Origin: Desulfobacterales bacterium
GTDB lineage: Bacteria; Desulfobacterota; Desulfobacteria; Desulfobacterales; UBA5852
Length of the DNA: 64,000 nt
Reading direction: 5' to 3'
NCBI GenBank assembly: GCA_963674755.2
Contig: CAXXVS010000002.1
Span: 1,728,001 to 1,792,000, forward strand
The notes under the pieces are model-generated. The model worked only from the letters and a program-made list of their open reading frames with translations, did not search any database and was not told the origin of the DNA. A program made the translations under genes and the position numbers. This document shows, one piece after another, positions 58,912 to 64,000 of this stretch; positions within the stretch are counted from its first letter, which is position 1, and each line of letters begins with the position of its first letter.

Positions 58912-59115
58912 GTGAAAATCAAAGTTGCCCAGGCAAGCGATAGAATCGTTATCCAACTGAAAAACGGCCGCGAATTCGAAATCGCCTTTAATGCGGCAGA
59001 TGAACCCGGCGAGCCCAGCCTATGCCGGATATCCAGGGATGGCCGCGAAATCACGAGACATGAATCAAAGCAGGCAGGAAAACTGGAGTTCTGGGAGACC
59101 ACGCTTCCAGATTAA
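58912..59115 (+). CDS. small hypothetical protein
   Basis: 67 aa ORF between repeat remnants. Confidence 0.45.
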   Translation: MKIKVAQASDRIVIQLKNGREFEIAFNAADEPGEPSLCRISRDGREITRHESKQAGKLEFWETTLPD

Positions 59116-59263
59116 AAACGGGATTGACCTATTACGCAGAAACTGACACCGCCGAAATCATCCTGCTCCCCACATACGAATTGAAAAAGTCGTCCAAGCC
59201 TTCCAATTGGATCTTTTTTAAAATAAACCAGCGCATTAAGACAATAATGAGCAGGAGTTAAAA

Positions 59264-60103
59264 ATGGATAAAGAATCAACAAATTCCCTACCAACATTAG
59301 CTGATGATATTTGGAATGATACCGGTCTAGATATCGAGGCGCTGTTAAATTTAATTCCTTTTGCTGGTGGCTTCATGGCTACTTATTTTGGAGAAATCCG
59401 GTCTAATAGAATGCTTGAAAGAATGAAAGAATACTTTAAATACTTTTCCCATCGAATTGACCTTATTGATGAATCGAAGCTTGATAAAGAATATTTGAAT
59501 AGTGAGGAATTTTCAGAATTGTTTTTACAAGGTGCTGAGCAAGCTTCTCGAAGTACCACCAAAAGACGAATTTATCGTTTTGCAAATATTTTGTTAAACA
59601 ACGCTCTGAGAGATGCTACAGCAAGAGATAGAACGCAAAGCGTGATGGGGTTTGTAGATAGGGTAAGTGACATTGACGTTTTTGTGCTGCTTTCTTTTGG
59701 CCACCCAAGATTTCAGTCCCACTTCGCCAAAGATAAAGATGAATGCATTGAACAAGTCGAAAGCTTTGCAAAATACCTGCATATCTCACCACCCATAGAA
59801 AATGATATACTTGAGTCGATTATCTATATGGATAACCTTGGGATTATGTGGGTGACGCAACATGAGGTAAAAGAAGGAGAGGAAGACTCTGTATTTAGTA
59901 CAAATTTTTCCGCTTTTCGATCTCCTCTTGGGAATGTTTTTGCCGCTGTTATAGCGCCACCAGATTTTTATTTAGAGTTAGCAATCGATCATGATGGCTT
60001 GAAATGGCCGGATGATTTTGTGTGCAAAGATATGCTTGATGGACAAGATATTTTTGAAAGAGAACCTAAAGCCACCGACGAAAAACATCGAAGACATCGT
60101 TAG
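59264..60103 (+). CDS. hypothetical protein (low GC)
   Basis: AGGAG upstream; 279 aa ORF in AT-rich DNA. Confidence 0.75.
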   Translation: MDKESTNSLPTLADDIWNDTGLDIEALLNLIPFAGGFMATYFGEIRSNRMLERMKEYFKYFSHRIDLIDESKLDKEYLNSEEFSELFLQGAEQASRSTTKRRIYRFANILLNNALRDATARDRTQSVMGFVDRVSDIDVFVLLSFGHPRFQSHFAKDKDECIEQVESFAKYLHISPPIENDILESIIYMDNLGIMWVTQHEVKEGEEDSVFSTNFSAFRSPLGNVFAAVIAPPDFYLELAIDHDGLKWPDDFVCKDMLDGQDIFEREPKATDEKHRRHR

Positions 60104-60598
60104 AAATGCTAAGTACTCAGGCACCAATTACCTCGAAACCAACTCCGGCGAGAGCCTCCAGTTCCCCGAACACGAATTAGAAAAGTCGGCCAACCCATCC
60201 AGCAGCCGCTTTTCAAATAGATTCCGCTGCCCCCTAAAAACCCCAAAAATACCGCAAAAATCAGGATTATTTATAATTCAGGGGTATTATCTGACCACTT
60301 GCAATCATTGAATTTAACCTTATCCTAAATTTTACGATCCACACAAGCCGGTTCCCTCCACATTAGCCGCAATGGCGTTTCATGTAATGTCGCAAAAAAA
60401 ATTAGAAGGCGAACTAAATCTTTATTTGTGAAATGTCGGGAGGGCCACCCCTTAATTTCTTAATATCTAAAGAATTGTCCTCTCTCCTTAGTTAGGGACC
60501 ACCCCGATCCTAGCTCATTTGTTAGGCAAATAAATTATCCTCACCGCCCTCGAAAATGCATCTTTGAACCATCTTAACCTGAGCCAAAGGAGCACCTC

Positions 60599-61219
60599 AT
60601 GATCAGACTAACTTCAACACCACCAATCGCAGATATTGTCACTCCGTTAGACAAACAAAAACCTCCAATTGAAGTGATCTTATCGCTACTCGCAGATCGC
60701 TTTCCGGAAGCGCCTCAGCCAGAATATAATTGGTCTCACGGGTATTATGTTAGGTGTAACACATATTCAGACGACGGCAACCTTATTGCAGTTTATTTCC
60801 CTGCATCAATTGTTTACGTTTTGGACGTTGGTTATGAAAACCTCGTTGTATTTAGTGATCCAATACAGCCGAATATTACAGCGGATCCAACCTTTCCACA
60901 TTGGGAAAAAGGCCAATTCTATTGTGCGAGAAGGGAAGATGCAGTAGAAATACTGTACCCATTCCTTCCACGCGACCTCTTCATTGGTACCGAGAAAAAG
61001 ATGACGAAAGACGAAATTTCGGCGAAGCTATCACCGCTTAATGTCACCATAGAAAGTGCGATTTCCGACAACAGCTTTCTTGCAAAATCGCCGGCGTATC
61101 AGGAAGACTCCTTTGCATCGAGAATTCGCGCAATGTCAGACATTAAGTACGTTGAAAGGAATAGCACAGTGCGAATAATTGACCTCACTCCAGGGTGGCT
61201 GATTGATCGGATATTCTGA
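60599..61219 (+). CDS. hypothetical protein; C-terminus resembles a subtilase propeptide/I9-like domain
   Basis: AGGAG upstream; ..IRAMSDIKYVERNSTVRI pattern. Confidence 0.65.
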   Translation: MIRLTSTPPIADIVTPLDKQKPPIEVILSLLADRFPEAPQPEYNWSHGYYVRCNTYSDDGNLIAVYFPASIVYVLDVGYENLVVFSDPIQPNITADPTFPHWEKGQFYCARREDAVEILYPFLPRDLFIGTEKKMTKDEISAKLSPLNVTIESAISDNSFLAKSPAYQEDSFASRIRAMSDIKYVERNSTVRIIDLTPGWLIDRIF

Positions 61220-61553
61220 TTATCAATGATTGAAACTGAGATGGGGAGACAGTACTCAAGCTACCTAATGAGCATCTTACGTACTGGTCAAAAAGAATCT
61301 GGCATAAAGCCGTAATCAATACTGTATAAGAGAATTAGGAGGTTAATATGCCTAAAGTAACCTTACACGCAACCAACTTACTGAATCCTAATCACATGGA
61401 ATGGATTATTGATGGTCGTCTGTTGGTTTCTGAATATAGTGCAGGTCGGGTGAAAGATATTACGTAAGCGTTCAGCGAACCCCATCTTCTCAAGCCCGTA
61501 AAGCTATGCCATGATCGCCCGCGTCTGATAACCATTTACAGACGGAGGCGATC

Positions 61554-61898
61554 ATGAACAAGGCATCACGGCAAGCCGCCCTTCGAGAAAAGCGCCGGTT
61601 TTGGAAAGCGCACATCGAGGACTGGAAGGCCAGTGGCCTGAAACAGTCCCGGTATTGCCGGCAGCACGATTTGAAGCTGCACCAGTTCGTATACTGGCGG
61701 AAAAAATACGACCCTGCCAGCAAGACAGCGCCAATATCACTTGTGCGGGTGGACTTGCCCGCCCAGACTTTCCATCGCCCGCTCCCATCGCCTGCAAGGC
61801 TGCGTTTGATCGTCGGTGGCGATCGACGCATCGAGGTGGAGCGGGACTTCGATCCGGTGGCCCTCAAGCAGCTGATCCAGACCCTGGAGCGGCTGTGA
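61554..61898 (+). CDS. tnpA: IS66 accessory protein TnpA
   Basis: WKASGLKQSRYCRQH..YWRKK. Confidence 0.9.
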   Translation: MNKASRQAALREKRRFWKAHIEDWKASGLKQSRYCRQHDLKLHQFVYWRKKYDPASKTAPISLVRVDLPAQTFHRPLPSPARLRLIVGGDRRIEVERDFDPVALKQLIQTLERL

Positions 61899-62248
61899 TG
61901 TTTTTGCCCTCTGGAACCCGGATCTATCTGGCGGTGGGCAGCACCGACATGCGAAAGGCGATCAACGGGCTTTCGATTCTGGTGCAAGACGAACTGGCGC
62001 TGGATCCGCTCTCGGGTCACCTGTTTGCCTTTTGCAACCGCAAGCGCAACATGGTCAAGATTCTGTACTGGGACCGCAACGGGTTTTGCCTGTGGCACAA
62101 GCGCTTGGAGAAGCATCATTTCACCTGGCCCGAGAGTCGGGATCAGGTGCTCCAGCTGGATACCCGGCAGCTCAATTGGCTTCTGGAGGGGCTGGATATC
62201 GGGCGTTTGAGCGGCCATGAAAATCTTCTCTATGAAACGATGATTTAG
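61898..62248 (+). CDS. tnpB: IS66 accessory protein TnpB
   Basis: TDMRKAINGL..KILYWDRNGFCLWHKRLE. Confidence 0.93.
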   Translation: MFLPSGTRIYLAVGSTDMRKAINGLSILVQDELALDPLSGHLFAFCNRKRNMVKILYWDRNGFCLWHKRLEKHHFTWPESRDQVLQLDTRQLNWLLEGLDIGRLSGHENLLYETMI

Positions 62249-62317
62249 AAGTATTTATTTACCGGAAGAACCTGAAAACACTTGTCAAATTCATGCACTT
62301 GTCGTAAACAAGAAGCA

Positions 62318-63898
62318 ATGAATCTGAAAGTAAACAACCTGCCTGAAGATCCTGCCGTCCTCAAACAGATCGTTGCCGAGCTGATTGGTGAATACAAACG
62401 CTCCCAGGAAAAAATCCAGCATCTGGAAGAATACGTTCGCCTTCTGCAAAAGGAGATTTTCGGACGAAAGTCCGAAAAGCATTCCCTGCCGGATCGCAAC
62501 CAACTCCTACTGTTTGACCAATTGGTCGAGGAAGCCAGCCAAGCCGATGATGGGGTGCCGCGGGAAATCCCCGTTGCCGGCCACATCCGCAAAAAACGGG
62601 GCCGCAAGCCGCTGCCGGCCGATCTGCCCCGGGTGGAGATCATCCACGACCTGGCGGAATCCGAGAAGCGGTGTCCCTGTGGCGGCGAGCTCAAGCGCAT
62701 CGGCGAGGAGGCCAGCGAAAAACTCGATTATGTTCCGGCCATCCTTCGGGTCGAGCGCCACATCCGCTACAAGTACGCCTGTCCGGCGTGCGAAGGGGTG
62801 GAGGACGACGGTCCCACCGTAAAGATCGCTGCGGCGCCGCCGCAATTGATTGAAAAGAGCATCGCCACCGGCGGCCTGGTGGCTCACATCGTTTGTTCCA
62901 AGTTCGAAGACGCCCTGCCGCTGTACCGGCAGGAGAAAATTTTTGCCCGCCTGGGGGTTGACCTGCCGCGGTCTACGATGTGCACCTGGTTGGTCAAAGT
63001 GGCCGAAAAGCATCGGCGGCTAACAGCGCTTTTGCTCAGTGAAATCCGCGGCGGACCAGTGGTCAACGCCGACGAGACCACGGTCCAGGTTCTCCAGGAG
63101 CCGGAGCGAGCCGACACGAGCAAGTCTTACATGTGGCTGTTCCGCGGTGGCGACCCGCAGCATCCGGCGCTTGTGTTCCAGTACCATCCCACCCGGTCCG
63201 GGAAGGTGCCGCTGGCGGTGTTGTCCGGCTACCGGGGCTATGTTCAGTGTGACGGCTACAACGGCTACGATGCCTTGGGCCGGGAAAAGGATGTCACGCT
63301 TGTGGGCTGCTGGGCCCATGCGCGCCGAAAGTTCGACAAGGTCATCAAGGCCCGGGGCGGCCAGAAGAAAGAGGGAACGGCGGAAAAGGCCATTGACTTC
63401 ATCGGGAAGCTTTACCAGGTCGAGAAGAAGGTCCGTCAACTCGAGCTGGACGCCGATGGCATCCGGCAACTGCGCCGGCAGGAATCAAAACCCGTGCTCG
63501 ACGAGTTCAAAGATTGGCTGGAGGCCAAGTTGCCGCTAACCCCGCCCAAGGGGCTTCTGGGAGCCGCCATCCGCTACACGCTGAACAACTGGGAACGTCT
63601 GATCCGCTATTTGGAGGACGGTCGGCTGCGCCCGGACAACAATCTTGCCGAAAATGCCATCCGCCCGTTCGTTGTCGGCCGGAAAAACTGGCTGTTCGCT
63701 GGCCATCCCAAGGGCGCCGAGGCCGCCGCCTTCTATTACAGCCTAATTGAGACCGCCAAAGCCAATGGGCTCAGGCCCTATGATTACCTCCGGTATCTGT
63801 TCGACAAACTCCCGCTGGCGGAAACCAAAGACGATTACAGGAAACTCCTGCCGCAAAATCTGAATCAGCAAATGATCACCCCCGCACGCCCAGCATAG
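62318..63898 (+). CDS. tnpC: IS66 DDE transposase TnpC
   Basis: FGRKSEK, LPLYRQ, ADET, CDGY, CWAHARRKF, DNNLAENAIR. Confidence 0.96.
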   Translation: MNLKVNNLPEDPAVLKQIVAELIGEYKRSQEKIQHLEEYVRLLQKEIFGRKSEKHSLPDRNQLLLFDQLVEEASQADDGVPREIPVAGHIRKKRGRKPLPADLPRVEIIHDLAESEKRCPCGGELKRIGEEASEKLDYVPAILRVERHIRYKYACPACEGVEDDGPTVKIAAAPPQLIEKSIATGGLVAHIVCSKFEDALPLYRQEKIFARLGVDLPRSTMCTWLVKVAEKHRRLTALLLSEIRGGPVVNADETTVQVLQEPERADTSKSYMWLFRGGDPQHPALVFQYHPTRSGKVPLAVLSGYRGYVQCDGYNGYDALGREKDVTLVGCWAHARRKFDKVIKARGGQKKEGTAEKAIDFIGKLYQVEKKVRQLELDADGIRQLRRQESKPVLDEFKDWLEAKLPLTPPKGLLGAAIRYTLNNWERLIRYLEDGRLRPDNNLAENAIRPFVVGRKNWLFAGHPKGAEAAAFYYSLIETAKANGLRPYDYLRYLFDKLPLAETKDDYRKLLPQNLNQQMITPARPA

Positions 63899-64000
63899 AT
63901 AGTGGGGTTCGCTGAACGCTTACGATATTACCAATGGTGGAGATATGCTTAATGTAGCTCCATTTGCGACAGGATTGGAAGGGCCATCTAGCATTTTACC

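Larger units (their letters stand above)
61464..63923 (+). mobile_element. IS66 family insertion sequence (2460 bp)
   Basis: Perfect 21-bp terminal inverted repeats gtaagcgttcagcgaacccca; 8-bp target duplication gatattac at 61456-61463 and 63924-63931. Confidence 0.97.
61348..64000 (+). pseudogene. beta-propeller-like gene interrupted by IS66 (runs off window)
   Basis: Removing the IS and one TSD gives MPKVTLHATNLLNPNHMEWIIDGRLLVSEYSAGRVKDITNGGDMLNVAPFATGLEGPSSIL. Confidence 0.8.

Noticed and set aside
58341..60193. Short repeats considered as a CRISPR array
   Set aside because: Irregular spacing, different segments repeated, coding-like divergence and no cas genes
60510..60528. ctagctcatttgttaggc resembles the 3' end of an integron attC site
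   Set aside because: No matching RYYYAAC inverse core upstream, no repetition and no integrase in the window

Overview
GC-rich bacterial chromosome segment, most consistent with an anaerobic Desulfobacterota (deltaproteobacterial) organism. This assignment is inferred from gene content: Ni-CODH, a likely selenoprotein, and many PAS hybrid kinases. Positions 1-12.7 kb (+) form a tightly coupled signalling operon with a hybrid histidine kinase, two REC-HD-GYP proteins, an HDOD protein, receivers, an orphan MglA GTPase and a REC-MshEN-PilB/GspE ATPase-zinc-ribbon fusion. Positions 13-27.7 kb (-) hold paralogous PAS hybrid kinases around a kaiC (frameshifted)-kaiB pair, plus a collapsed kinase remnant. 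Positions 28-50.6 kb are metabolic: an inactive rhomboid, ALDH7, a TRAP transporter, a UGA/SECIS OsmC selenoprotein, MDR oxidoreductases, an acyl-CoA ligase, an FNOR-cooF-cooS CO dehydrogenase cluster, a deleted flavin oxidoreductase and tatD. Positions 50.8-64 kb are accessory. They contain a decayed prophage immunity region with both repressors broken, and a lower-GC four-gene candidate defence system (C5 methyltransferase, MORC/GHKL ATPase-histidine kinase fusion, receiver-effector fusion, Vsr) with no recognisable restriction nuclease. These are followed by orphan ORFs punctuated by decayed copies of one small gene, and an intact IS66 with an 8-bp target duplication splitting a gene. No rRNA, tRNA or CRISPR array was seen. 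All calls come from reading motifs by eye; no searches were run.
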